A stretch of DNA of 41,573 bases from Candidatus Woesearchaeota archaeon (GTDB taxonomy: Archaea > Nanobdellota > Nanobdellia > Woesearchaeales > B72-G16), in assembly GCA_003650545.1 (NCBI GenBank), contig QMQO01000007.1:1-41573 (forward strand), written 5' to 3'. The notes under the pieces are model-generated. The model worked only from the letters and a program-made list of their open reading frames with translations. It had not been told where the DNA came from and did not search any database. Positions 18,661 to 28,882 of this stretch are shown here, piece by piece. The translations under genes were made by a program, and so were the position numbers. Position 1 is the stretch's first letter. The number at the start of each line of letters is the position of its first letter.

Positions 18661-19812
18661 TTATATTTCTATTTCCTTATACACTTTCTTGCCGTTGACT
18701 ATACTGAATTCTTTGTAAGCGTCTGAGGAAAGTACTGGATCGCCGTTTTTCTTGAACGTCCAGCTGGCTACTTGTCCTCTCCAGTCTTTTATGTTATTCA
18801 GGAAATAGTTCTTTACACATTCGCCATCTTCACCACAATTCTCCAACGCTTCTGCAAGCATATATGTTGCATCATACATTGCTGCAGTGTAAAAAAATTG
18901 AAAGCCTGGCTGTTTTCCATATTTATCAACATACTTCTGCAATAGCTTCTCATTCTCTACGAATGGAACAACTGTAAATGCATCTTCTGGAAGAGCATCT
19001 CCAATTGATTCGTATATCTTCATGTCAATTGCGGTTGGGTTCCCCATAACTTTAACATCCACTAATCCAAGTTCCTTCATCTGCTTTAGTATCAATGCTG
19101 TATCCTCTGGTGCCTGTCCTGAGAGAAAGACACCATCAACATCTGCTGATAAAATTTTTGTTATTATTCCTCTAAAGTCGGTTGTCCCTGTTGGGTATTC
19201 TTCTTTTAAAGCTACTTTACCACCTTCCTGAATCAGTCCCTTTGTGAACTCATCTGCCCAACTTTGTGCAAATTCAGTTTGCTCTTGGATTATTGCAACA
19301 TTGTTCACATTGTATTTCTTCTTTGCAACAAATCCTATCAAGGCTCCAGCGTCTGTGCTTGGAGGTGAAGTGCGAAATGCAAATTCAAAATCGTCGAATA
19401 ATCCTGCAGCTGTTGTTGTAGCTGCTAAGATAAAAACTTTATTTTCATTTGCAATAGGTGCTACTGGTGCTGAAGCAGGCGTACAACTTGGACCAAGAAT
19501 AACATTTATACCGTCTTGGTAGATCAGCTTGTTAGCCGCTGCAACTGCATCATTGCCAGAACACATATCGTCTTCTAGAATAAGTTCCAGCTGCTTCCCA
19601 TTGACACCGCCATTTGCATTTATCTCGTCTATAGCTAGCTTTACAAAGTTGGCTTCTGTTACACCACCTACAGCCCACTTTCCTGTCAAGGCAAACATCC
19701 CACCAATTTTGATAGTGTCATGTTGTGGTGTTGGTATCAAGATTACAATTAAAGCAATGACGACAACTGCTATAATTGCTGTGGTTATCCAAAATTTATT
19801 TTGTTTGTTCAT
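18661..19812 (-). CDS. LivJ/K-type ABC substrate-binding protein
   Basis: N-terminal anchor, IKIG..LTG, INANGGVNG, TDFR, YDA. ATG 19812 after GAGGTGA. Confidence 0.9.
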   Translation of the reverse strand: MNKQNKFWITTAIIAVVVIALIVILIPTPQHDTIKIGGMFALTGKWAVGGVTEANFVKLAIDEINANGGVNGKQLELILEDDMCSGNDAVAAANKLIYQDGINVILGPSCTPASAPVAPIANENKVFILAATTTAAGLFDDFEFAFRTSPPSTDAGALIGFVAKKKYNVNNVAIIQEQTEFAQSWADEFTKGLIQEGGKVALKEEYPTGTTDFRGIITKILSADVDGVFLSGQAPEDTALILKQMKELGLVDVKVMGNPTAIDMKIYESIGDALPEDAFTVVPFVENEKLLQKYVDKYGKQPGFQFFYTAAMYDATYMLAEALENCGEDGECVKNYFLNNIKDWRGQVASWTFKKNGDPVLSSDAYKEFSIVNGKKVYKEIEI

Positions 19813-19965
19813 AACTTTCACCTCACGTTTTCTATAAGATTTTTTTATTTTTTTTAATATATTTGTTATCTGATAGTAGTAGTAAACTGTTTAATATATA
19901 TTTATGTTGTCAGATATTTACGACAAATAAAAAAATTTATAAATTCTGAAAAATTAAGGCTTAAA

Positions 19966-20694
19966 ATGGATAAATTTGGTGCTTTAGAAGAGTTCGGTCT
20001 TGAGCCAAGGGAAGCAAAAATCTATGTAAAGCTGCTAGAGTTAGGACAGGCTACTGCCTCTCAGCTAGCCAAAAGCCTAGAAATACTAAGGCCAACTGTG
20101 TATGATATTCTTGATAAGATGATACAGAAAGGCATTGTTAGTTATTCTATTAGCTCTGGTAGAAAGGTTTTTGCAGCTGTTGAGCCCGGGGTTTTAGAAC
20201 AATTATTAGAGAATAAAAAGAGAATCCTTGAAGAATTTATCCCTGAGCTCAAAAGTATCTCAAAAATAAGTAAGTTTAAACCCTTAGTTGAAACCTACAT
20301 TGGTGTGAAAGGCCTTAAAACAATATACGATGATATGTTGACTGTCAAAGAAGATATTTATCACATATTCAACTATGAAGAATATGTAAAGTTGTTCCAT
20401 TTATTCTTCATTAAAAATTTCATAAAAAAGAGAATTGAAAAAGGTATTTGGTTTAGAGCTATAGTGAATAAGATAAAAGAAAAAGAGCTTGAGAGGTCTG
20501 ACCCAAAATTGCTTAGAGAGATTAGAACTTTGCAGATGCTAGAAGATTTTAAGATGGCAATCGTTATTTATGGGAAAAAATCTGGATTCTTTACATTTAC
20601 AGAAACACCAATGGGGATTGTAATTGAGAACGAGTTGATCACTCATTCTTTTAAGGTTTTATTTAATTACTTGTGGCAAAGAGGAAAAGAGTAG
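19966..20694 (+). CDS. TrmB family transcriptional regulator
   Basis: FGL...EAKIY..LL, RPTVYDIL HTH, C-terminal FNYLW. Confidence 0.9.
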   Translation: MDKFGALEEFGLEPREAKIYVKLLELGQATASQLAKSLEILRPTVYDILDKMIQKGIVSYSISSGRKVFAAVEPGVLEQLLENKKRILEEFIPELKSISKISKFKPLVETYIGVKGLKTIYDDMLTVKEDIYHIFNYEEYVKLFHLFFIKNFIKKRIEKGIWFRAIVNKIKEKELERSDPKLLREIRTLQMLEDFKMAIVIYGKKSGFFTFTETPMGIVIENELITHSFKVLFNYLWQRGKE

Positions 20695-20702
20695 CTACTT
20701 AG

Positions 20703-21404
20703 CTACTTTCCACCTAAGTATAACTTTTTAATTCTCTGATCTTCTAATAATTGTTTACCTCTACCAGAATATTTGTTTCTACAAATTTCCAGAACATAAG
20801 CCCTGTTAGAAATCTCTAGAGAACGTTTTGCATTCTGCTCAACCATAATTATAGTAACACCTGTTTTATTAATCTCGATTATCTTATCAAAGATCAAAGT
20901 CCTTACTTTTGGACTTAAGCCGAGTGTTGGCTCATCTAATAGAAGAACCCTTGGTTTTAACATCAATGCACGAGCAATGGCAGTCATCTGTTGTTCCCCA
21001 CCAGACAATAACCCTGCGCGAGTGTTTTTTAAATCCTTTAAATTTGGAAACATTGTATAAACCCTCTTAAAATCCTTCCAAGGATTGCCAGGTTTGATGA
21101 ATGCACCAATCTCTATGTTCTCATGAACTGTTAAGTCTGTAAAAACACTTCTACCTTGAGGTACATAAGTGATTCCTGCTTTTGCAATCTGCTGCGGTGT
21201 GTACTTTGTTATGTTTTTATTTTTATAGATAATTCTCCCTTTTTTCTTTATTAAGTTAAAAATAGATTTAAGTACTGTGGATTTGCCTGCTCCGTTTGGA
21301 CCTATTATACTAACAATCTCACCTGTGTTAAAATGCATATCAATATCGTGTAATACCTGTAACTTTCCGTACCAGGCATTTAGCTTGTCTATGCTTAATA
21401 TCAT
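20703..21404 (-). CDS. livF: Branched-chain amino acid ABC transporter ATPase
   Basis: GPNGAGKS, LSGGEQQM, LLLDEP and VEQNA motifs. Confidence 0.92.
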   Translation of the reverse strand: MILSIDKLNAWYGKLQVLHDIDMHFNTGEIVSIIGPNGAGKSTVLKSIFNLIKKKGRIIYKNKNITKYTPQQIAKAGITYVPQGRSVFTDLTVHENIEIGAFIKPGNPWKDFKRVYTMFPNLKDLKNTRAGLLSGGEQQMTAIARALMLKPRVLLLDEPTLGLSPKVRTLIFDKIIEINKTGVTIIMVEQNAKRSLEISNRAYVLEICRNKYSGRGKQLLEDQRIKKLYLGGK

Positions 21405-21405
21405 T

Positions 21406-22149
21406 CTAACCACCAAGGTAAGCATCTAGTACCAGTTTGTTTTTTTGGATTTGTTTTGGTGTTCCATAAGCAATCTCTTTTCCGTGATCCATTGCTATCA
21501 CTTTATCACAAATTTTCATCACAAAATCCATATTATGCTCAATCAATAAAATTGTTTTTCCTGATTTACGCATGTTTTTAATTAAACCTGCTATTTTTTT
21601 TAGAAGGGTTAGATTCACGCCTGAAGCAGGCTCATCTAATAATAATAAGTCGGCATCTAGCGCTAGTACGCGAGCAATCTCCAATAGTTTCTGTTGACCA
21701 TAGCTTAGATTCTGTGCAAGTGCATTAACCTTTATGTCTAAGCCAACAAACTTCAATAGTTCCATTGCTTTCTCTATGTTTTCTTTCTGTTCCTTTGCTA
21801 CTACTCTAAACTGCAGGGCTGACGTGAATAAACTATCATTGCTAGGAATAGCTAATAACATGTTTTCTAATACTGTTAACTGGGGGAAAAGTCTTATGAT
21901 CTGAAATGTTCTACCAATGCCAAGCTGCGCTATCTTGTGTGGAGGCATATTTGTTATATTTTTTCTTCTGTAGATAATGTTTCCTCTATCAGGCTTAAGG
22001 AAGCCTGTTATTAGATTAAAAACTGTAGTCTTGCCTGCTCCATTTGGGCCGATAAGACCAACTATCGAACCTCTTTCTATTTCAAACTTACAGTTCTGTA
22101 CTGCTTTAACCCCGCCAAAGCTTTTTGATAAACCAACTACTTTTAGCAT
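21406..22149 (-). CDS. livG: Branched-chain amino acid ABC transporter ATPase
   Basis: GPNGAGKTT, RTFQ, LSYGQQK, IEHNM and AYLG motifs. Confidence 0.92.
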   Translation of the reverse strand: MLKVVGLSKSFGGVKAVQNCKFEIERGSIVGLIGPNGAGKTTVFNLITGFLKPDRGNIIYRRKNITNMPPHKIAQLGIGRTFQIIRLFPQLTVLENMLLAIPSNDSLFTSALQFRVVAKEQKENIEKAMELLKFVGLDIKVNALAQNLSYGQQKLLEIARVLALDADLLLLDEPASGVNLTLLKKIAGLIKNMRKSGKTILLIEHNMDFVMKICDKVIAMDHGKEIAYGTPKQIQKNKLVLDAYLGG

Positions 22150-23023
22150 TTTTTTTTAACAATAATCTCCTTTCTCCTAAAATGCCATTTGGCTTAAATA
22201 ATAACATTGCAATTAATATACCCGAAAACAGCATCTGCCTTATTGCTGCTACAATCGAACTTGGTAAATATAGGAAGCGTAGTGGTTCGGGTAATATAAC
22301 AAGTATTGCTGCTCCTAAAAGGGCTCCTGGTACTGATGCAATTCCGCCAACGACTATCATTGAAAGCATTAGGATTAATTCTGTTAACGTGAATGAACTT
22401 GGATCTATGAATGTAATGTAATGCGCAAATAAGCTGCCTGCTATTCCAGCAAAACCTGCTCCAATAAGCATTGCATAACTTTTATACTTCATCACATTTT
22501 TCCCTAAAGCTTTTGCAGCTATCTCATCATCACGGATAGCACGCATGGTTCTGCCAAATGGCGAGTTAACAATTTTGCTGATGATCACATATGTGATAAT
22601 TAGCACAACTGCGGCTAGTACGAAGAATTCCCATGTTGATGCAAATTTGAATCCGAATAAACTAGCTTTAGGGATTCCCGGTAAACCAAGAGGACCTCTT
22701 GTAAGGCCTTGCCAGTTTTTCATGACAGCAATTATTATTTCGGCAAAACCAAACGTTACAATTGCAAGATAGATCCCCTTTAGTCTAGTAGCTGGTAGAC
22801 TTATTAAAAAGCCAAATATAGCTGCTATCAAAAATGCGCAGATAAATGATAGCCAAAATGGAACGCCTGTTAATGTTAGCAAGGCTGAAGTGTAAGCGCC
22901 TATACCAAAAAAGGCTGCATGGGTTAGATTAAAAATGCCGGCAAAACCAATTGTCAAGTTCAAGCTAATAGCAAGTATTCCGTAAATACAAATAAATACT
23001 AAAATATTGGCAAAGTAACTCAT
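22106..23023 (-). CDS. livM: Branched-chain amino acid ABC transporter permease
   Basis: HAAFFGIGAY, LTRGPLG, SPFGR..AIRDDE and PEPLRF motifs. Confidence 0.92.
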   Translation of the reverse strand: MSYFANILVFICIYGILAISLNLTIGFAGIFNLTHAAFFGIGAYTSALLTLTGVPFWLSFICAFLIAAIFGFLISLPATRLKGIYLAIVTFGFAEIIIAVMKNWQGLTRGPLGLPGIPKASLFGFKFASTWEFFVLAAVVLIITYVIISKIVNSPFGRTMRAIRDDEIAAKALGKNVMKYKSYAMLIGAGFAGIAGSLFAHYITFIDPSSFTLTELILMLSMIVVGGIASVPGALLGAAILVILPEPLRFLYLPSSIVAAIRQMLFSGILIAMLLFKPNGILGERRLLLKKNAKSSWFIKKLWRG

Positions 23024-23904
23024 ATTCTTATTTCCTCTTCTGTTTTTCTTCCTAATAATCCTGTAGGTCTAAATATTAACATTAAAATTAAAATCCCAAA
23101 AGCAATAGCGTCCTTATAACCTGATGGGAGCCACGCTATGCCTATATTCTCAATTATGCCAATTGTAAAACCGCCCATGACCGCGCCTCTTATATTACCA
23201 AGGCCACCTACAACTGTGGCCACCAATGCCTTTATACCAATCATCACCCCCATCGTAGGTGTTAGATTTTGTTCAATCCCAACAAGAACGCCCCCTATAG
23301 CAGCAAGGCCAGCACCAATCGCAAATATATAACTAATTATTGTTTTGTTGTTGATTCCCATTATTAAGGCTACTTGATAGTTATTAGAAACAGCACGCAT
23401 AGCCTTTCCTGTTTTTGTATATTTTAAATATAGGAATAGAGCAATCATCAGTACAATAGAAACAGCTATTATCACTATTTGGATCTTTGTTATTATCATT
23501 CCACCAGGCAAACTTATCCCTGGTTGTATCTCCCCTGTTCTATATGTTTTAATTTGAGCACCAAAGATCATTAGTATTAAAGCTTGTAAAAATATAGAAA
23601 CACCAAACGATGCAATAATAGGCGGCATCAAGCCTTTTGTGTAAAGTTTTTGATAGACAAAACGTTCTATTAGGAAAGAGACACCTATTGTGATGATGAT
23701 GGACATTAAGATAGCTATTAATATGTTGACACCAAACACAATGTTGAAAACCCAACCAATGTAGGCGCCAATCATAAAGAGCTCACCATGTGCAAAATTA
23801 ATAAAGCGAAGAACTCCAAACACCAATGAATAACCTAGTGCTACTAAAGCGTAGATTCCCCCAGCAATGATTCCGTTTAATAGTAATTGGGGGATTATTG
23901 ACAT
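23020..23904 (-). CDS. livH: Branched-chain amino acid ABC transporter permease
   Basis: YALVALGYSL, NFAHGE, GKAMRA, GGLGN and RPTGLLG motifs. Confidence 0.92.
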   Translation of the reverse strand: MSIIPQLLLNGIIAGGIYALVALGYSLVFGVLRFINFAHGELFMIGAYIGWVFNIVFGVNILIAILMSIIITIGVSFLIERFVYQKLYTKGLMPPIIASFGVSIFLQALILMIFGAQIKTYRTGEIQPGISLPGGMIITKIQIVIIAVSIVLMIALFLYLKYTKTGKAMRAVSNNYQVALIMGINNKTIISYIFAIGAGLAAIGGVLVGIEQNLTPTMGVMIGIKALVATVVGGLGNIRGAVMGGFTIGIIENIGIAWLPSGYKDAIAFGILILMLIFRPTGLLGRKTEEEIRI

Positions 23905-24056
23905 TTTATGATTTCCTTTTTTACAATTTTCATCAGCAGGCCATACATGATAAAGTATTCAGAATAATATTCTGTTGTAGCAAGGATTTTCTTGATTCAA
24001 TGATAAATTAATAATAGTTTATAAATTTTAATGATTTTTATAAATTTTTTGTCTCT

Positions 24057-24203
24057 AGGGTAGAGCCAACTTAAGTGAGAATGCCGCCAAGCGAGCACTC
24101 GCATTTTAAGCTGTCTTGAGCCAGCTAGCCAGATATATTCATTTTAACAGTGTACTGCGAGCGCGGCATTCTCACAGCATTAAAAGTTGACTTCGCCCTT
24201 TTT
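24057..24203. repeat. Long nested inverted-repeat element (MITE/REP-like or ncRNA)
   Basis: AGGGTAGAGCCAACTT / AAGTTGACTTCGCCCT (imperfect) enclosing perfect GTGAGAATGCCGC (24075-24087) / GCGGCATTCTCAC (24163-24175). GC-rich compared with flanks. Confidence 0.6.
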
Positions 24204-24267
24204 ATGTTTCCTTGTTGAATCTGTTAAATCTTAGTACCTATCCAAGAGACTTATTAGTGTGCCTGGC

Positions 24268-24768
24268 CTATTCAACAAATATAAATTTTCCATTCTTAAC
24301 CATCTTTACTGCTGCAGGCACTTGGAAGATACCCTCAGGACCTGAAGAATACGAACCTAAGGCGCCACTAAACTCTTTTATATTCTCTAGTCCAACTCTG
24401 ATGCTGTCTCTATCTGGACCATACTTCTCTGCTGCTTCAACTATCAACATTATTGCATCATAAATGTTCCCTGTTGCCATACCGGGTTCTACATTATACT
24501 TTTCATGGTATGAGTCAGCAAAACTTCTGCACACATCTGCAGGAGCAACATACCACATTCCTTCCATCAGTTTCAGCGAGACTTCATCTGTCTCGAATTC
24601 TGGTGATTCTATTGACAGTATTTCTGCTCCTAGATCCAATTCCTTTGCCTGCTGAAGGAAGCTTTTCATCTCTCCAAATAAAAGCAAAACAAAGACACCA
24701 TTTATATCCTGATCCTTTAATTTTGCAATGTTTGTTCTGAAATCTTTCTGACCATCTCTTGTACTCTT
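24268..24768 (-). pseudogene. 3' half of a LivJ/K-type substrate-binding protein
   Basis: Frame reads DGQKDFRTNIAKLKDQDINGVF...YDAIML...FSGALG...KNGKF. N-terminal half and signal sequence absent; stop at 24769-24771. Confidence 0.8.
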
Positions 24769-25235
24769 TCATCGTCTATATTGGTTAGATGCTTAATTAA
24801 ATTATAAACATACTTTTGTGCAACGCTGGCTCTAATAAGATTGCCATTACTAAACTGGTTTACAAAAGTTTTAGCAACTAGACTATCGTTATACACAGTT
24901 GTAGCTATGATTTGTGAACCATGAGATCTTAATGCATCTAATGTAAACTCGTCTGTGAAGTATATCTCAAATGTTGGCGCTTTAAATGGATCACATGTTA
25001 GAATGATGTTTCTTTTTTCCGCTTCTTCCTGGATAGACTTTGTGATGATGTTCTCATAGAAATCTTGGTATTTGTGTCCCAGCATGAATTTTATCACATG
25101 CAATGGTGCTAATTTTTGTTTTTCTATTATCGACCCTTTTTTAATTTTAGCGATATGCTCGTGATAGATAGTTCTGACTGCATCAAACTCTAGCCTTAAT
25201 ATATCCTCTAGTTTTTCTCTAGCTGTCTTGCTCAT
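24717..25235 (-). CDS. Hypothetical protein, possibly 3'-truncated
   Basis: 172-aa ORF overlapping the upstream RHH gene. Its last codons run over the binding-protein remnant in another frame. Confidence 0.55.
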   Translation of the reverse strand: MSKTAREKLEDILRLEFDAVRTIYHEHIAKIKKGSIIEKQKLAPLHVIKFMLGHKYQDFYENIITKSIQEEAEKRNIILTCDPFKAPTFEIYFTDEFTLDALRSHGSQIIATTVYNDSLVAKTFVNQFSNGNLIRASVAQKYVYNLIKHLTNIDDERVQEMVRKISEQTLQN

Positions 25236-25365
25236 TTTCTAACAATCTCTCAATTGCTGTTTCTATCAGGTGTGATTTATTTCTATAATAAGAGCTAGAT
25301 CTAAGTTTTCCCCTTATTTTAGCAATTGTTCCCTCATCTAAAGACACTGAAACAGGAAACTTCAT
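25219..25365 (-). CDS. Ribbon-helix-helix DNA-binding protein (48 aa, not in ORF track)
   Basis: MKFPVSVSLDEGTIAKIRGKLRSSSYYRNKSHLIETAIERLLENEQDS: alternating beta strand plus NKSHLIETAI helix. TATA-like TTTATATA upstream. Confidence 0.72.
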   Translation of the reverse strand: MKFPVSVSLDEGTIAKIRGKLRSSSYYRNKSHLIETAIERLLENEQDS

Positions 25366-25538
25366 AACTTATTAAGAACTATTAATAATATATAAATCTT
25401 TCGTTACTAAATAGTGGTGTATTTTAGTGAATTTATCTTCTATAATGTTCTTTCTTCTAAAAAATGCTTTACTTTGTTCATTTTTAAGTATTCTTGTAAC
25501 AGCTTTGTTGTATGCAACTAAAAAATAAAGAAAAAAAA

Positions 25539-26678
25539 TTAAATTGTTATAATGTCTATAATCTCACTTTGGCCGCTTCTTATCTCTTTTATTGTCCAAG
25601 GAATTCCAATCACATCTCCATTGCTGTCAAAGGTGTATGTCCCAATAACACCATTGTATGGCTGCATTTTGTACAAGTAATCTTTTATACAACCACTGTT
25701 TTCGCCACATTCTCTCAATGCATCTGCAATTATATATACACTGTCGTATCGCGCGCCTGTATAAAAATCATTAGCCGGTGATGTGCCAAATCTTTGCTTG
25801 TATTTTGAAAGAAACTCTGCACCTTTTTCAGTCATCCCTATGTTTACAGCGTCAAAATATTTAGCTCCTTCCAAGGCGTCGCCTGCGATTTCCAGTGACT
25901 CCTTACTTCCTATAAGCAGATTTCCATAAACCTTTATATCTTCCATACCTAGTTCAACCATCTGTTTGGCTATCTCGCCTGCGCTGCTTGTAGAGGTTCC
26001 AGGATTTATGAAAATTGCTTCTGGTCGCGCGTTTTTAATCTTTAACAAATATGTTCTAAAATCTGTTTCGTCCGAATCGTAAACCAGATCAGCTACAATA
26101 GCCTTTCCCTGGTTTTGTAATTCTTCTTTAAGGGTATGCTGAATTCCCATAGCATATTCTGTGTTTTCTGATATCAATGCTATTCTATCTTCTTCTATCA
26201 TTTTAGCCCCAATCCTGCCACCTTCCAGATCAGAAGCTGCATTCCTAAATACATAGTCGCCAGCATTTGATACATCTGGTGCTGTAGCTATTGTGAAAGT
26301 AATCACTTTATTTTGTTCTGCTATAGGTGCAAAAGCTAGTGTTTCAGCTGAACAGACGCCACCTAGGATTATTTTGACATTATCTAGAGTGATCAACTTA
26401 CTTGCTGCATTTACAGCATCCTTGCCATTGCATTTACCATCTTCATGAATCACTTGTAATAATCTTCCATTAATCCCGCCAGCATTGTTGATCTCTTCAA
26501 CTGCAAGTTCTATCGCATTTCTATCGGATTCTCCCCACGATGCTCCACCACCAGTTAGTGGACCAATGGCACCTATTTTAATTGTGCCCTTTTCCTTTGC
26601 ACAGCCGGTTATCAATAGAGCTGCTAACATTATAGCTATCAAAGATAGCATGGTGATTTTGTTCATTTTTCTTTTCAT
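25539..26678 (-). CDS. LivJ/K-type ABC substrate-binding lipoprotein
   Basis: Lipobox ITG-C, IKIGAIGPLTG, AGDYVFR, TDFRT, YD. Confidence 0.92.
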   Translation of the reverse strand: MKRKMNKITMLSLIAIMLAALLITGCAKEKGTIKIGAIGPLTGGGASWGESDRNAIELAVEEINNAGGINGRLLQVIHEDGKCNGKDAVNAASKLITLDNVKIILGGVCSAETLAFAPIAEQNKVITFTIATAPDVSNAGDYVFRNAASDLEGGRIGAKMIEEDRIALISENTEYAMGIQHTLKEELQNQGKAIVADLVYDSDETDFRTYLLKIKNARPEAIFINPGTSTSSAGEIAKQMVELGMEDIKVYGNLLIGSKESLEIAGDALEGAKYFDAVNIGMTEKGAEFLSKYKQRFGTSPANDFYTGARYDSVYIIADALRECGENSGCIKDYLYKMQPYNGVIGTYTFDSNGDVIGIPWTIKEIRSGQSEIIDIITI

Positions 26679-26809
26679 TTTATCAACCCCTTAAATTGTT
26701 AATTATTGTCAATTACTAGTTGTAACAGATACTTATTAATAAAATTTTTTAACAATTTTTCCACAAAAAAGCGAAATCTTTATAAAATATTGGATTAAAA
26801 TGGGCTTAA

Positions 26810-27763
26810 ATGAAGAATTTAGACTTGGTTGACAGAAAAATACTATATGAATTAGACTGCAACTCTAGATTGCCGAATAGTAGAATTGCAAAAAATGTCG
26901 GTGTTTCCAGGGATGTTGTTAATTACAGAATTAAAAGAATGGAGGAAAAAGGGTATATCAAGGGGTATGTGCCTATCATAGATTTTGTCAAGCTAGGTAA
27001 CCTAAATATTAGAATCTTCCTTAATCTGAAGAATACTAATCCAGAGAAAGAAAAGGAAATTGTTGAGTATTTTGTAAAAGAAAAAAATACATCACTTGTC
27101 GCAAAGACAGATGGACGATATGATGTAGGGGTTGCTTTTTGGGTTAGAGATGTTTATGTATTTAAGGATTTCTGGGACAACTTCATCCAGAAGTATAATT
27201 ATTTTCTAGGTGAGTATCGTTTAAGTATTTACACCAAACTTTATTATTTTAGGAGAGATTATCTGTTAGAAAAAAGAAAATATGGCAAGATCGTATCTAC
27301 AAGTATAGGTAAGGCTAGCTATGATAAGCTTGACTCTATTATACTAGCTAAGCTATCAGAGAATGCCAGAACACCAATCATAAAGATTGCGAGAGATATT
27401 AATGTGCCTGTAAAGACTGTTGCATATAGAATAAAACAGCTGGAAAAAAAGAAAATTATACTCGGTTATGGCGTTAACATTGATTTAGAAAAATTGAAAA
27501 TTATTTATTATAAGGTGCATATAAACCTTAACAAGATAGATGTTGCTCCTTTGAATGAATATGCAAAACGCCATCCCAATATTACTTTTATCGACGAAAC
27601 AATTGGTGGATGGGATTTTGAGATTGATTTAGAGGTTAATTCACACAAAGAATTTCTCGATATTATGGAAGATATGAAGACGAGATTTTCCCAGATAGAG
27701 GATTATGAGTATTTTACTTCTAGAGGTTTTGAGAAGTTCAAATTGTTTATCCCACAAGATTAA
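26810..27763 (+). CDS. Tandem (two-unit) Lrp/AsnC family regulator
   Basis: Two HTH units (DRKILYELDCNSR...YRIKRME and DSIILAKLSENAR...YRIKQLE), each followed by a RAM-like domain. Confidence 0.88.
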   Translation: MKNLDLVDRKILYELDCNSRLPNSRIAKNVGVSRDVVNYRIKRMEEKGYIKGYVPIIDFVKLGNLNIRIFLNLKNTNPEKEKEIVEYFVKEKNTSLVAKTDGRYDVGVAFWVRDVYVFKDFWDNFIQKYNYFLGEYRLSIYTKLYYFRRDYLLEKRKYGKIVSTSIGKASYDKLDSIILAKLSENARTPIIKIARDINVPVKTVAYRIKQLEKKKIILGYGVNIDLEKLKIIYYKVHINLNKIDVAPLNEYAKRHPNITFIDETIGGWDFEIDLEVNSHKEFLDIMEDMKTRFSQIEDYEYFTSRGFEKFKLFIPQD

Positions 27764-28878
27764 ATCTCGATCTCTACAAAGTTTCCATTTTTTACTTTAA
27801 ATATACTAAATGGCTTATCCTTTACTTCACCAGACTCATCGAAACTAACAACGCCTGTCGCACCTAGATAACGAATATTGTAAAGCTCTGACTTAATCGT
27901 TTCAACATCAAAACTTCCAGCCTTTTCAATTGCCTTTGCTAAAACCATCACTCCATCATAACTGTATTCGCTATATACAGGGACTTCTTTACCTGTTTTT
28001 TGTACAAATCTGTCTTTATAATTCACGTAGTCCTCTGCTTTTGCATAATATACTGAGAGCATACCCTCAGCAGCACTACCTGCTTTCTGTATAAGATCTG
28101 CATCCTTTGTTGTTTCTGAACCAATTATTGTTAGATTTATATTTAGTTCCTTCATCTGCTTTAATATTGTTGGCAGTTCCTTTCTTGCAACTAAAATCAT
28201 TACTTCAGGATCAGCATCTTTGATCTTAATGAGCTGAGTTCTAAAATCAGCAGATTCATGCTCAAATGATTCTGATGCTACTATCCTACCACTGAAATCT
28301 TCCTCAAACTTATTCTTGATACCAACACCATAAGCGTCATTAACATAAAATAAAGCAACATTATCTAGGCCTAAACTCGCGACGATTCTCGCCATCTCTT
28401 TTGCCTGAGCAGAATCTGATGGTACTGTTCTAAATACATAGTCGCCTGCTTCATTTAATTCTGGTGTTGAGCCAAGCGTCCCTATCATCAAGACTTTGTT
28501 TGCTTCTGCTATAGGTGCAACGGCTAATGTAGGACCACTTCCATCTGCAACTATAACTACATCAAAATCATCAACAGATACAAATTTATTCATGATGCTA
28601 ACAGCTCTTTTATTGTCCAGCATAGAGTCCTCATAGACAAGTTCGATTTTTTTGCCCAAAACACCGCCTTTAATATTCAATTCTTCTACTGCAAAATCAA
28701 GGCCGGCTTTTGCAGCTAGTCCATAGGTGGCTGCTTCTCCTGTCAGAGGTGCAATAACGCCTATTTTATAGGTTGTTGCTTCTACTTTACTTATTATATT
28801 AATGCTGATAACTAGCCCAACTATAATAAATGTGATAATAATAGCACTTATTGTAAATACTTTGTTTTGTTTTTTCAT
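27760..28878 (-). CDS. LivJ/K-type ABC substrate-binding protein
   Basis: MKKQNK anchor, YKIGVIAPLTG, AGDYVFRT, ADFRT, YDG. Start placed at ATG 28878. Confidence 0.9.
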   Translation of the reverse strand: MKKQNKVFTISAIIITFIIVGLVISINIISKVEATTYKIGVIAPLTGEAATYGLAAKAGLDFAVEELNIKGGVLGKKIELVYEDSMLDNKRAVSIMNKFVSVDDFDVVIVADGSGPTLAVAPIAEANKVLMIGTLGSTPELNEAGDYVFRTVPSDSAQAKEMARIVASLGLDNVALFYVNDAYGVGIKNKFEEDFSGRIVASESFEHESADFRTQLIKIKDADPEVMILVARKELPTILKQMKELNINLTIIGSETTKDADLIQKAGSAAEGMLSVYYAKAEDYVNYKDRFVQKTGKEVPVYSEYSYDGVMVLAKAIEKAGSFDVETIKSELYNIRYLGATGVVSFDESGEVKDKPFSIFKVKNGNFVEIEI

Positions 28879-28882
28879 TTTA

